From positions 27,276 through 91,275 of the IMG/VR virus record IMGVR_UViG_3300014819_000003: 64,000 bases of DNA; one strand, written 5' to 3'. Source of the stretch: a virus. The position numbers were made by a program, and so were the translations under genes. The notes beneath the pieces were generated by a model. It made no database searches. It was given only the letters and a program-made list of their open reading frames with translations, and was not told where the DNA came from. This document shows, in pieces, positions 40,781 through 49,087 of the stretch (positions are counted from its first letter, which is position 1; the number at the start of each line of letters is the position of its first letter).

Positions 40781-41932
40781 ATGAATTCATTTAAGAAGAT
40801 TGCGCTTGTATTGGCTGCAGCCCTTACTGGCTCGGTATTCGCAATTCCATCGGCTCATGCTGCACCTATGTCTGTCGCTTTGACAGTCAATGGCTCTGCA
40901 CCTGCAACCGCTGGTACGGCTACAACTACTGCTGTTGAACTTCCAGTTCCAGCAGATAACTCTGTAGACGCTGCTGATGCCCTCAAGTTTGTTGTTACTG
41001 TAGATACAGGAACAGCAGTTACTGTGTCCGCAACAAACGCATCTATTATTCTTGCAACAGCAACCGCTGCTGCACCAGTAACCGCATCTAGCGGTTCTGC
41101 TTCAACAACAATTGCAACTGGAACTGGCACAACTGCTACATTCTTTGTCTTTACAAAGACTACTGCAGTAGGTACTGTTTCTGTTTCAAACCAAGGTGAA
41201 ACCAAAGTTTATTATGTACAAGGTGCAGTCGGAAAGATCAATGATATTTCGGTATCAGGTCTTGATGTTGGCGCTTCAGGTACACAAGTAACTTTGACTG
41301 TAACTGCCAAAGACGTATTTGGTAACAAAGTTTCTGGAAAATCAATTACCGCAGTAGTTGCTAATGGAACTCTTGATACTACAACTGCTACAACTGGTAC
41401 AGGTCTTACAGATTTTGGTACTCGTGATTTTAAAGTAACACTTCCAACTACTGGTTCGGCTGCTGTTATTTTCTCAGTCACAACTGCATCTGATCTTGCA
41501 ACCGCTGTAACTGGTTTCAATACCGTTACTTCATCTGTTGCAAAAAATATTGCTGTCCGTGATCTTGCTGCAGAACTTGTTGCAATGACTGCTGCAAAGG
41601 CTGCTGCCGATGCTGCTCTAGCAACTGAAAAGGCTGCTCGTGCTGCTGATGCTGTAACCGCTAAGGCTGCTGCTGATGCTGCTGCTGCAACTGCTGCTGC
41701 TGATCTAGTTAAGGCTAATGCAGAAATTGCAACGCTAAAGGCTAATGCAGTTATTGCTAAGGCTGCTGCTGATAAGGCTCTTGCTGATGCATCTGCTGCA
41801 CACGCTGCAGAACTTGCTAAGGTAAAGGCTGATAATGATGTAGCACTAAAGGCTGTAAAAGATGCTTTCAACTCACTTGCAAAGAAGTGGAATGCAAAGA
41901 ATCCAAAGGCTAAAGTTGCTTTAGTTAAGTAA
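40781..41932 (+). CDS. Secreted Ala/Thr-rich Ig-like surface (S-layer-like) protein
   Basis: Signal peptide MNSFKKIALVLAA..AHA; invasin-like VTAKDVFGN; Ala-rich coiled-coil tail. Confidence 0.7.
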   Translation: MNSFKKIALVLAAALTGSVFAIPSAHAAPMSVALTVNGSAPATAGTATTTAVELPVPADNSVDAADALKFVVTVDTGTAVTVSATNASIILATATAAAPVTASSGSASTTIATGTGTTATFFVFTKTTAVGTVSVSNQGETKVYYVQGAVGKINDISVSGLDVGASGTQVTLTVTAKDVFGNKVSGKSITAVVANGTLDTTTATTGTGLTDFGTRDFKVTLPTTGSAAVIFSVTTASDLATAVTGFNTVTSSVAKNIAVRDLAAELVAMTAAKAAADAALATEKAARAADAVTAKAAADAAAATAAADLVKANAEIATLKANAVIAKAAADKALADASAAHAAELAKVKADNDVALKAVKDAFNSLAKKWNAKNPKAKVALVK

Positions 41933-41948
41933 TTAATACTTAAAAGAT

Positions 41949-41982
41949 AGGGCGGGATTTAAATATCCCGCCTTTTTCTTTT
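41949..41982 (+). terminator. Intrinsic terminator
   Basis: GGCGGGAT/ATCCCGCC plus TTTTTCTT. Confidence 0.85.
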
Positions 41983-42033
41983 GCAATAAAATGATATAAT
42001 TAACTATATAATTACATATATAAGGGAGATAAA

Positions 42034-43557
42034 ATAAGTAAAATCCTACGCATAATTGCAGTGGTGGGGATTTTATTTGCAAGCATTGGTTTTCCAAACA
42101 ATGCGTATGCAGAATGTGTTAACTATCTTCAATCTCAAACTATAGCAGCAGCCTATGAAGGCGACGCAGAACCTACAGTTCATACAATGGATACCTGTGG
42201 TGGAGACGATACTTCTTATCAAATACCAATAGCAACTACAATTACATTTGATGGTGTTCAATATTCTAGTGTTTATGCAACAACTAATTCAGTAATTACA
42301 TTTGGTCAACCAGATAATACATACTGGGCTTATCCAAATACTCCTTCTATTTCTTTATATTCTATGGATTGGGTAACTGGTTGGTATGGTGCTCCAAATA
42401 CTTTAGATATATTGTATTCTGAAGGTGGATTTCAACTTAATATGCAAGCAATCCCATTTGGAAACTGGAATGCACAACCAAGTAATATTAACATTCTTGT
42501 AGCAATTACAAATACTGGTGGTATTTCTGTAGCATATAGTTATCAAGGGCCAGAATATCAAAACTTAAGAACTGGCGTTAGATTACATGATGGATCTATT
42601 GTTTCATTAGAAGCATGGGGAGCAACACAAATACAACCAGGGTCTACTCCAACACTTGAACCAGAACCAGTTGTAGTTGGACCAACACAAGAACAACTAG
42701 CAGTTCAAGAAGAAATGCGTGTAACTGCTAACTTAATTGCAAATGCTATTGCTAGTTTACAAAATGAACCTGATCCAGAGCCAACTCCTGTGCAAACTGA
42801 ACCAGCCGAACCCACTCCAACTCCAACGCCTGAAACAACTTCTGAACCAGAACCAACTCCAACTCCTGAGCCATCGCCCACTGTTGAGCCTTCACCAGAG
42901 CCTTCACCTCAGCCAACGGATATAGATCCAACCCCAGAGCCATCACCTGAGCCAACTCCAATTGAACCTTCTCCAGAACCATCTCCTGATACTACCACAG
43001 AACCAGAAATAGTTATAGTTGAACCAGAAATAATTACTCCAGAAGATCCTAGATTTCCTGATGAAGAAATTATAATTCCAGTTCCAGATAAAACAGAAAA
43101 CACAGAAGTATCTGAAGATATGTCAAGATTACTTGCAGATCTTACAAGTAGTCAAACACTAGCAACACTAAGCCCAGAACAAAAGGCTGCAGTAGCATCA
43201 ACTCTTGGTATTAAATCTAGCGAAGTAGCAAAAGTAGCAGAACTAGCCAAATCAAATGAGGCAGTAGCAGAGGCATTACAGGAATTTGGTGCAAGGGCAA
43301 ATGAAAACCTTGATGCCACAATGCCTTATACACTGGCAGATGCTGTGACAGAAGTTCAAGCAGAAAAATTACTAGAAGATCCAATAGGGGCAATTGCAGC
43401 AGTATTTACAAATATAGATTTAGATAAACTTACAAGTCCATCTGAGTGGGGTAGCGATATGACAGATGATCAAAGAGAAAAGGTTCAAGAAGTTATTATT
43501 CCAGTTATTTTGGTTTCTAACATTATTAGTTCTGTCATGTCAACAAGGAGGATATAA
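42034..43557 (+). CDS. Secreted/membrane-anchored protein with Pro-Glu-Thr repeat stalk
   Basis: Signal peptide if started at ATA 42034 (track start GTG 42061); beta-rich N-domain, EPSP/PTP repeats, hydrophobic C-terminus. Confidence 0.7.
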   Translation: MSKILRIIAVVGILFASIGFPNNAYAECVNYLQSQTIAAAYEGDAEPTVHTMDTCGGDDTSYQIPIATTITFDGVQYSSVYATTNSVITFGQPDNTYWAYPNTPSISLYSMDWVTGWYGAPNTLDILYSEGGFQLNMQAIPFGNWNAQPSNINILVAITNTGGISVAYSYQGPEYQNLRTGVRLHDGSIVSLEAWGATQIQPGSTPTLEPEPVVVGPTQEQLAVQEEMRVTANLIANAIASLQNEPDPEPTPVQTEPAEPTPTPTPETTSEPEPTPTPEPSPTVEPSPEPSPQPTDIDPTPEPSPEPTPIEPSPEPSPDTTTEPEIVIVEPEIITPEDPRFPDEEIIIPVPDKTENTEVSEDMSRLLADLTSSQTLATLSPEQKAAVASTLGIKSSEVAKVAELAKSNEAVAEALQEFGARANENLDATMPYTLADAVTEVQAEKLLEDPIGAIAAVFTNIDLDKLTSPSEWGSDMTDDQREKVQEVIIPVILVSNIISSVMSTRRI

Positions 43558-43564
43558 TACGATT

Positions 43565-43930
43565 ATGGACAAGATTAAAACTATCTTATCAAAGATGCCC
43601 AAGGTAAAGGTTAAGGTGCCTAAAGTAAAGGTTAACTTACCCAATCCTAACCTTAAACCATGGCTTGAGAAATTAAAGCCATATATGTCAAAGGTATGGG
43701 AAGTCCTAAAGAAGACCCCACAGTGGGGCTTAAAGGCTCTAAAAGGCCTTCTAGTATGGTTTGGCAAGGCAGTCAAGGAAAGTATTGCCCAATTATGGAC
43801 TCTACTTGGATTTTTTATTGCTTGGTTGACCCTTACTGGTACCGCCCAACAAATCGTGGGAATCGCAACAATATTATCAACAATTATATGGCTTGCAACC
43901 ATATCGCTTCGTGAGGAAAAGGAAGAATAA
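43565..43930 (+). CDS. Membrane protein (basic N-terminus, two TM helices)
   Basis: Leaderless TATAAT-N6-ATG; WTLLGFFIAWLTL, IVGIATILSTIIWL. Confidence 0.65.
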   Translation: MDKIKTILSKMPKVKVKVPKVKVNLPNPNLKPWLEKLKPYMSKVWEVLKKTPQWGLKALKGLLVWFGKAVKESIAQLWTLLGFFIAWLTLTGTAQQIVGIATILSTIIWLATISLREEKEE

Positions 43931-44154
43931 TGAAAGATAAAACAATGTACCTGCTTTCACTTATGGTAGGAATTGCTATTATTACTGCTATCGTTGGAGA
44001 CTATGTAGTTGCTGCTCTTGAGACCACAAAAACAGGTGAGCCACAAGAAGTTTCTTCTGATGTTATGACCCTTGTACAAACCGCTCTTGGTGGCGTTATT
44101 GGTATTTTAGGTGGTTATTTTGGGGCTAAAGCCTCAAAAGACAAAGACGAATAA
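43930..44154 (+). CDS. Holin-like two-TM protein
   Basis: Two hydrophobic helices, GYFG, charged C-terminus; near endolysin. Confidence 0.55.
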   Translation: MKDKTMYLLSLMVGIAIITAIVGDYVVAALETTKTGEPQEVSSDVMTLVQTALGGVIGILGGYFGAKASKDKDE

Positions 44155-44171
44155 CTGGTATAATGGGGGTT

Positions 44172-44366
44172 ATGCTAAAAATAGTTGGACTTGCCTTATT
44201 GGGGGTATTATTAACTGGATGTAACTACGACGGTAGTTATCGTTATCCATGTCAAGATCCAGCAAATTGGAAAAGTGCTGAGTGTAAACCACCACTTTGT
44301 AATGTAAATAATACATGCCCATCAGACTTAAATACTAACATTAAAGAGGAATCAAAAAATGGCTAG
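44172..44366 (+). CDS. Small Cys-rich lipoprotein
   Basis: Lipobox LLTGC, four further Cys; leaderless TGGTATAAT-N7-ATG. Confidence 0.65.
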   Translation: MLKIVGLALLGVLLTGCNYDGSYRYPCQDPANWKSAECKPPLCNVNNTCPSDLNTNIKEESKNG

Positions 44367-44802
44367 AGAGCGATTAACTCCACAAGATTTAGATGCTAGA
44401 TTAAAGTTTATTTTAGGAATAACACTTGGATCTATTCTTTTCCTAACTTCTGTAGGAATTTTATATGGTCTATTATTTGTTACCCAACCTATTGGAGCAC
44501 AGTCAGAAAATGACAAGATGTTCTTCAATGTGCTTGGTAGTGTTGCTACATTTATTACTGGTACCCTTGCAGGTTTGCTAATTGGTCAATCTGGTGCTAA
44601 GGATATTATGAAGGCACAACTTGACAATAAAGAAATGGATGCCAAGAATACGCAGGCAGATAAGAAACTAGAATCAGAATTAGAGATTAATGAACTAAAG
44701 GCAGAAGTAGAGGCAGATGCAGTAAGAGCACGTCTTGACGCAAAACCTAATGGACAGATGCCAGCAGAACAACCAGTAGACTTAGATTGGGATAAGGATT
44801 AA
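44359..44802 (+). CDS. Two-TM membrane protein with coiled-coil tail (holin-like)
   Basis: Two TM segments; directly upstream of endolysin. Confidence 0.55.
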   Translation: MARERLTPQDLDARLKFILGITLGSILFLTSVGILYGLLFVTQPIGAQSENDKMFFNVLGSVATFITGTLAGLLIGQSGAKDIMKAQLDNKEMDAKNTQADKKLESELEINELKAEVEADAVRARLDAKPNGQMPAEQPVDLDWDKD

Positions 44803-44803
44803 T

Positions 44804-45343
44804 ATGACACAAGATTTTCCAGTACCAGCAGAAACACCAAAGGCGCCACATGGTAGTGCTGCCCGTTTAATTCAGATTGCTAAATCTCAAGTAGGATATA
44901 TTGAGGGACCAAAAGATAACGAAACGAAATATGGAGCGTACACCAAGGCAAATTTTCAACCTTGGTGTGGTAGTTTTGTAATGTGGTGTGCAAACGAAGC
45001 AGGTGTTAAGGTTCCAAATACAGTTTATACGCCAGGTGGCGCTGCTGCATTTAAGAAAAAGGGCGCTTGGATTGATGGCGATCTTGCTGATCCTGAGCCA
45101 GGAGATATTGCTTATTTTGATTTTCCAGCAGATGGCGTTGATCGTATCTCCCATGTTGGAATTGTTATTGAAGACAACGAAGATGGAACTGTATGGTGCG
45201 TTGAAGGTAATACTTCAAGCAGCAAAAAGGGCAGCCAAAGAAATGGCGGAGAAGCATGTAGACAACTCCGTGCATTTAAGAAAAATAAGAAAAATGTTCC
45301 AATATCTATAGTTGGTTTTGGTCGTCCTAAGTTCAAAATATAA
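44804..45343 (+). CDS. CHAP-domain endolysin
   Basis: PWCGSFV, PGD, HVGIV, EGNT, GFGRP. Confidence 0.88.
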   Translation: MTQDFPVPAETPKAPHGSAARLIQIAKSQVGYIEGPKDNETKYGAYTKANFQPWCGSFVMWCANEAGVKVPNTVYTPGGAAAFKKKGAWIDGDLADPEPGDIAYFDFPADGVDRISHVGIVIEDNEDGTVWCVEGNTSSSKKGSQRNGGEACRQLRAFKKNKKNVPISIVGFGRPKFKI

Positions 45344-45403
45344 TAGTATTTGACTTATAAGCCATAACTGGTATACTATATTTATATATCGTTTGGGGGA
45401 AAA

Positions 45404-45937
45404 ATGACTTGCATAGCGGTAGTTCGTGACCGTGTAACAAACAAAATCTGGATGGCTGGAGATCGTGGCGTATCAGATGATAATAGTATTAGTGTTTGTT
45501 CAAGTCCCAAGATTTGGAAAAAAGAAGGCTATCTATTTGGTTATGCAGGATCAATGGATGGAGATAGAATAAAACATTTATTTGTACCGCCAGAATTTGA
45601 AGGTCGTGGCAGTATTGATAAATTTATGTATAGTAAATTTCTTAAAGCCTTGCGTAAATTTTATGAAGAGTGGTGGGTAGATACATCTCCATCATCTGAT
45701 TTTGGAATGATTATTTGTGTGCGTGGAAAAATATATGAACATAATGCATCAGATATGTCATTAACACAATATGAACAAGATTATTTAGCAATGGGATCTG
45801 GTGGAGATTTAGCACTTGGATCATTATTTTCTACACAAAAACAAAAGGATGCAAGAAAACGTGCAATGCAAGCAGTTAATGCTGCTATTACACATTCAAC
45901 ATCTTGCAAAGGTCCAATTGACATATTAAGCATTTAG
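45404..45937 (+). CDS. Ntn-hydrolase peptidase (HslV/proteasome beta-like)
   Basis: N-terminal Thr (MTCIA), AGD, PKI, GYAGS, AMGSGG. Confidence 0.75.
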   Translation: MTCIAVVRDRVTNKIWMAGDRGVSDDNSISVCSSPKIWKKEGYLFGYAGSMDGDRIKHLFVPPEFEGRGSIDKFMYSKFLKALRKFYEEWWVDTSPSSDFGMIICVRGKIYEHNASDMSLTQYEQDYLAMGSGGDLALGSLFSTQKQKDARKRAMQAVNAAITHSTSCKGPIDILSI

Positions 45938-45946
45938 GTATATACT
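45918..45946 (+). promoter_or_regulatory. Sigma-A-type promoter, leaderless start at 45953
   Basis: TTGACA-N17-TATACT-N6-ATG. Confidence 0.7.
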
Positions 45947-45952
45947 AAATAC

Positions 45953-46156
45953 ATGAACCACATTAATGAAGAAGATCTGTCTCCAGAGGAGCAGGAATTC
46001 GGTATCTGGCTTTCTAACGGTATTGATAGAGGCTGGATTAGTGAGCCATACTGCCATACGCATGACGGTGGTATGCAATATATGAGTGAAGAAGAAATAG
46101 AAGAGTGGGATCAAGGTGGAGATCCTTGTGAACACGTTATTAGAATATTTATTTAA
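45953..46156 (+). CDS. Small acidic protein with CxxH..CxH
   Basis: ORF with leaderless promoter. Confidence 0.65.
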   Translation: MNHINEEDLSPEEQEFGIWLSNGIDRGWISEPYCHTHDGGMQYMSEEEIEEWDQGGDPCEHVIRIFI

Positions 46157-46165
46157 AGGAGAAAA

Positions 46166-46993
46166 ATGAAAAAGGTAGTGGGTATATTAGTAATTCTATT
46201 TACTGCTGCGTATTTGCCAGCAGTATCTGCAGAAGAAAAACCAGCAATTGCAATTATTGATACAGCAATTGATACTAATGTTGTAAAGGTTTTTTATGAA
46301 GTTTGCGTAATGCAAGAAAAACGTTGTCCAAACAAACAAACATTTATGGAAGGTCCAGGATCTGCGACTCTTCCAGCATCACAACTATATAAAAATGGAT
46401 TTCATCATGGAACAGTAATGGCTTCCATTGCTGCATCTATTAATCCTAATATGAACATTGTTTTTGTTCGTATTGTTCCTATGGCAAATAATGGTCGTCA
46501 AGGTTTTTATGGAGAGAATGATTTAAATGGTGCATTTCAGTGGGTACTTGCAAATAAATCAAGATTTAATATTGTTGCAATCTCTGCATCATTAGGTAGC
46601 CATAGTTTTAAATCTATGACAAACTATTGCCCTGTGCGGGAATATCTTCGTAAGAGCATTACTGATTTACAAAGTCTAGGAGTAGCAACTGTTCTTGCTG
46701 CTGGTAATAATTATGATAAACAGCGTGTTGACTTTCCAGCATGTATTTCTGAGTCTATTGCAGTAGGTTCTGTTGGAGAACGTGGCAATATTGAAAACTA
46801 TAGTAATGGTGGACCAGATTTGGACTTCTATGCTTTAGGAACATATGATACTGCTCTTGGTAGGGCTATGGGTACTTCTGCTGCTACCGCTGCATTTGCT
46901 GCATACTGGGCAAAAAATTACAAGGGTACTTATCAAGCAACATATGATAATGTAAAATCATTATCTAAAGATCTTGTAGTATCAGTTAAGTAG
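46166..46993 (+). CDS. Secreted subtilisin-like serine protease (S8)
   Basis: Signal peptide; IIDT, HGT, AAGN, GTS catalytic motifs. Confidence 0.85.
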   Translation: MKKVVGILVILFTAAYLPAVSAEEKPAIAIIDTAIDTNVVKVFYEVCVMQEKRCPNKQTFMEGPGSATLPASQLYKNGFHHGTVMASIAASINPNMNIVFVRIVPMANNGRQGFYGENDLNGAFQWVLANKSRFNIVAISASLGSHSFKSMTNYCPVREYLRKSITDLQSLGVATVLAAGNNYDKQRVDFPACISESIAVGSVGERGNIENYSNGGPDLDFYALGTYDTALGRAMGTSAATAAFAAYWAKNYKGTYQATYDNVKSLSKDLVVSVK

Positions 46994-47005
46994 TGATATA
47001 ATAGA

Positions 47006-47060
47006 TAGTGCACCTGCCAAACGGGGGTGCACTACTTACTCGCTTAATAAGGAGGCAATT
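47006..47060 (+). promoter_or_regulatory. Structured hsp20 5' UTR, ROSE-like RNA thermometer
   Basis: 9-bp hairpin 47006-47034, then CUCGCUU-AAU-AAGGAG pairing over the SD with bulged G; promoter TGATATAAT 46994-47002. Confidence 0.65.
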
Positions 47061-47492
47061 ATGGTAAGTTCATTTGCATTGGATCTATTTAAGGATCCAT
47101 TTTTTATTGGTTTCAACAGAGAGTTGGACCGACTTTCAAATATCCATCGTGAGGCTGTTCGTCAATCTTTTCCACCATATGATTTGGTGAAACTTGATGA
47201 GGACACCTATAGGATATCTCTTGCAGTTGCTGGTTTTAACAGCAGCGAAGTAGAGGTTTCTGTGGATAATGGAAGTTTAATTATCAAGGGTGAGAAAACC
47301 GATGAGGCTTCTACAGAAGTCTTACATAAGGGTATCGCAACCAGAAAGTTCACACGCACCTTTGCTCTTGGAGAGTATATGGAGGTTGATCGTGCTGAAA
47401 TGGCAGACGGTATTCTTAATGTCTTTGTGGAAAGAAACATTCCCGAAGAAAAGAAACCTAAAAAAATCGCAATTAAGTCTACAAAAAAGTAG
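47061..47492 (+). CDS. Small heat shock protein (Hsp20/IbpA-like)
   Basis: FPPYDL, LAVAGF, LHKGIATRKFTRTF, DGIL, PEEKKP. Confidence 0.93.
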   Translation: MVSSFALDLFKDPFFIGFNRELDRLSNIHREAVRQSFPPYDLVKLDEDTYRISLAVAGFNSSEVEVSVDNGSLIIKGEKTDEASTEVLHKGIATRKFTRTFALGEYMEVDRAEMADGILNVFVERNIPEEKKPKKIAIKSTKK

Positions 47493-47511
47493 ATAACATT
47501 TAGTTATATCA

Positions 47512-47540
47512 TTGACAATAAATGTTTTCAATGTTATAAT
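47512..47540 (+). promoter_or_regulatory. Perfect consensus sigma-A/70 promoter
   Basis: TTGACA-N17-TATAAT with extended TG. Confidence 0.85.
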
Positions 47541-47546
47541 TGATTC

Positions 47547-47622
47547 ATCCCAATGGGCAGTCTTTTTTCCTTTCTCTTCTGCCCAAGGGTACGGACACCT
47601 GAGCATGTGTATAAACTGCTCA
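47547..47622 (+). ncRNA. Candidate structured small RNA/leader: hairpin with 18-nt pyrimidine loop plus H-type pseudoknot
   Basis: TGGGCAG/CTGCCCA stem; ACAC/GTGT and TGAGCA/TGCTCA pseudoknot. Confidence 0.55.
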
Positions 47623-47639
47623 TAAATAAAGGAGTAATA

Positions 47640-47816
47640 ATGCCTAAGTATGACTACAAGTGTTCTTCTTGCGGTTCTACTATTGAGTTTGAGCGAGGTA
47701 TAGGAGAAGATAGAGAGCCATCATGCTGCTCTAATATAATGACTCGTATATGGAATTCTGTTCCAGGTGTTATGTTTAATGGTTCTGGTTTTTATTCAAC
47801 GGATAATAGAAAGTAG
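47640..47816 (+). CDS. FmdB-family zinc ribbon protein
   Basis: MPKYDYKCSSCG..FNGSGFYSTD; SD AAGGAG. Confidence 0.85.
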   Translation: MPKYDYKCSSCGSTIEFERGIGEDREPSCCSNIMTRIWNSVPGVMFNGSGFYSTDNRK

Positions 47817-47831
47817 AGATATAATTACATT

Positions 47832-48092
47832 ATGAATTCTATTGTAAAAGAGCATCCTAGCGTAAATCAAAAGGAATGGCAACTAAAGGCAGTAGATAGA
47901 TGTGATAGTTGTGGGGCACAGGCTTATGTAATGGTAAAAGGATCAACTGGAGATCTAATGTTTTGTGGTCATCATTATGAAAAAATAATGAACAATCCAG
48001 ATGCTTATACAAAGATGATGGCATTTATGCTTGAGGTTATTGATGAGCGTGAACAACTAATAGATAATAGACTGATTGGAAGTCATAACTAA
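47832..48092 (+). CDS. Actinobacterial-type zinc-binding protein
   Basis: DRCDSCGAQAYV..LMFCGHH; leaderless. Confidence 0.65.
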   Translation: MNSIVKEHPSVNQKEWQLKAVDRCDSCGAQAYVMVKGSTGDLMFCGHHYEKIMNNPDAYTKMMAFMLEVIDEREQLIDNRLIGSHN

Positions 48093-48499
48093 TGTACCAG
48101 TATTATGTAAGAGAAGTAAAAGGCGTAGTAGATGGAGATACCATCGACGTTTTAATCGATTTAGGTTTTAATGTTTTATTTGAACAGCGTGTTCGTTTGG
48201 CTGGTATTGATACGCCAGAATCTAGAACATCTGATAAGTTTGAAAAAAGTCTTGGTCTTGAAGCCAAAGAGTATCTTAAGAAACAACTTAAAGATGCTAA
48301 GTCTATTGTAATTAAAACAGAAAAGATGGATTCATCTGAAAAATATGGACGTATTTTAGGATGGTTATATGCTAATGGTGATACAGAATCTATTAATGAT
48401 AAAATGATTAATGATGGATATGCTTGGGGATATCTTGGCGAAACTAAAATTAAAGATTTTGCAGCCTTGGCAGCACAAAGAGCCAAGTCTAAAAAATGA
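48092..48499 (+). CDS. Staphylococcal-nuclease-like (SNase) protein
   Basis: VVDGDTID, RLAGIDTPE, KYGRILG. Confidence 0.88.
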   Translation: MYQYYVREVKGVVDGDTIDVLIDLGFNVLFEQRVRLAGIDTPESRTSDKFEKSLGLEAKEYLKKQLKDAKSIVIKTEKMDSSEKYGRILGWLYANGDTESINDKMINDGYAWGYLGETKIKDFAALAAQRAKSKK

Positions 48500-48750
48500 A
48501 AACAATTTACTATTTCACGGCTGATTGGTGTCAGCCTTGTAAGCGTACCCGTCCAATAGTAGAAGAACTTAATCGTGAACAAACTGAGGCGGGATTTCAA
48601 ATTATAGACGTTGATGATAACCCAGAACTTGTAAAATCTTTTAGCATACAGTCGGTGCCTACGTTTATATTAATTGATAATGGGGAAGAGATTGGCAGGA
48701 TAATAGGTGGACAGACTAAAGAGAGTTTGGAAAAATTTATTTATGAATAA
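48496..48750 (+). CDS. Thioredoxin
   Basis: WCQPC, SVPTF. Confidence 0.88.
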   Translation: MKTIYYFTADWCQPCKRTRPIVEELNREQTEAGFQIIDVDDNPELVKSFSIQSVPTFILIDNGEEIGRIIGGQTKESLEKFIYE

Positions 48751-49075
48751 AGATAACGATGAAATAGAAAAACTAATTCTCGCTGGTGGTATACAGGTTG
48801 CGGGGGTAGATGAGAATGGTGAATTGTTATATCAGTTCACTCCTAAAATGAAAGATATAAATAAACATTTATATGAAGATCATCTAAACTTTGTAAATTC
48901 AGAGATTATGAAACTATGGGAGTCAGGCTACGTTAATATTGATTTATTTGCTGAAGAGCCTATAGTGACTTTGACTAAAAAGGCCTTTATTCCAGATGCC
49001 CTTGCAAAATTAACAAAGCAGCAACGTTGGTCTTTAGAGGAAATAAAAAGGCTGCTTAAGAGGCGAGAAGTCTGA
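48743..49075 (+). CDS. Hypothetical protein
   Basis: ORF coupled to thioredoxin. Confidence 0.6.
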   Translation: MNKDNDEIEKLILAGGIQVAGVDENGELLYQFTPKMKDINKHLYEDHLNFVNSEIMKLWESGYVNIDLFAEEPIVTLTKKAFIPDALAKLTKQQRWSLEEIKRLLKRREV

Positions 49076-49087
49076 TATAATTTTGGT

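Noticed and set aside
40855-41871. Minus-strand ORFs of 116 and 219 aa
   Set aside because: Shadows of the GCT/ACT-rich surface protein gene
42760-43090. Repetitive DNA as possible CRISPR array or VNTR
   Set aside because: Degenerate codon-level repeats encoding Pro-Glu-Thr; no fixed repeat-spacer structure
47553-47639. N-terminal extension of the FmdB ORF in the track
   Set aside because: Runs through the structured RNA; the family-typical start MPKYDY at 47640 has its own SD
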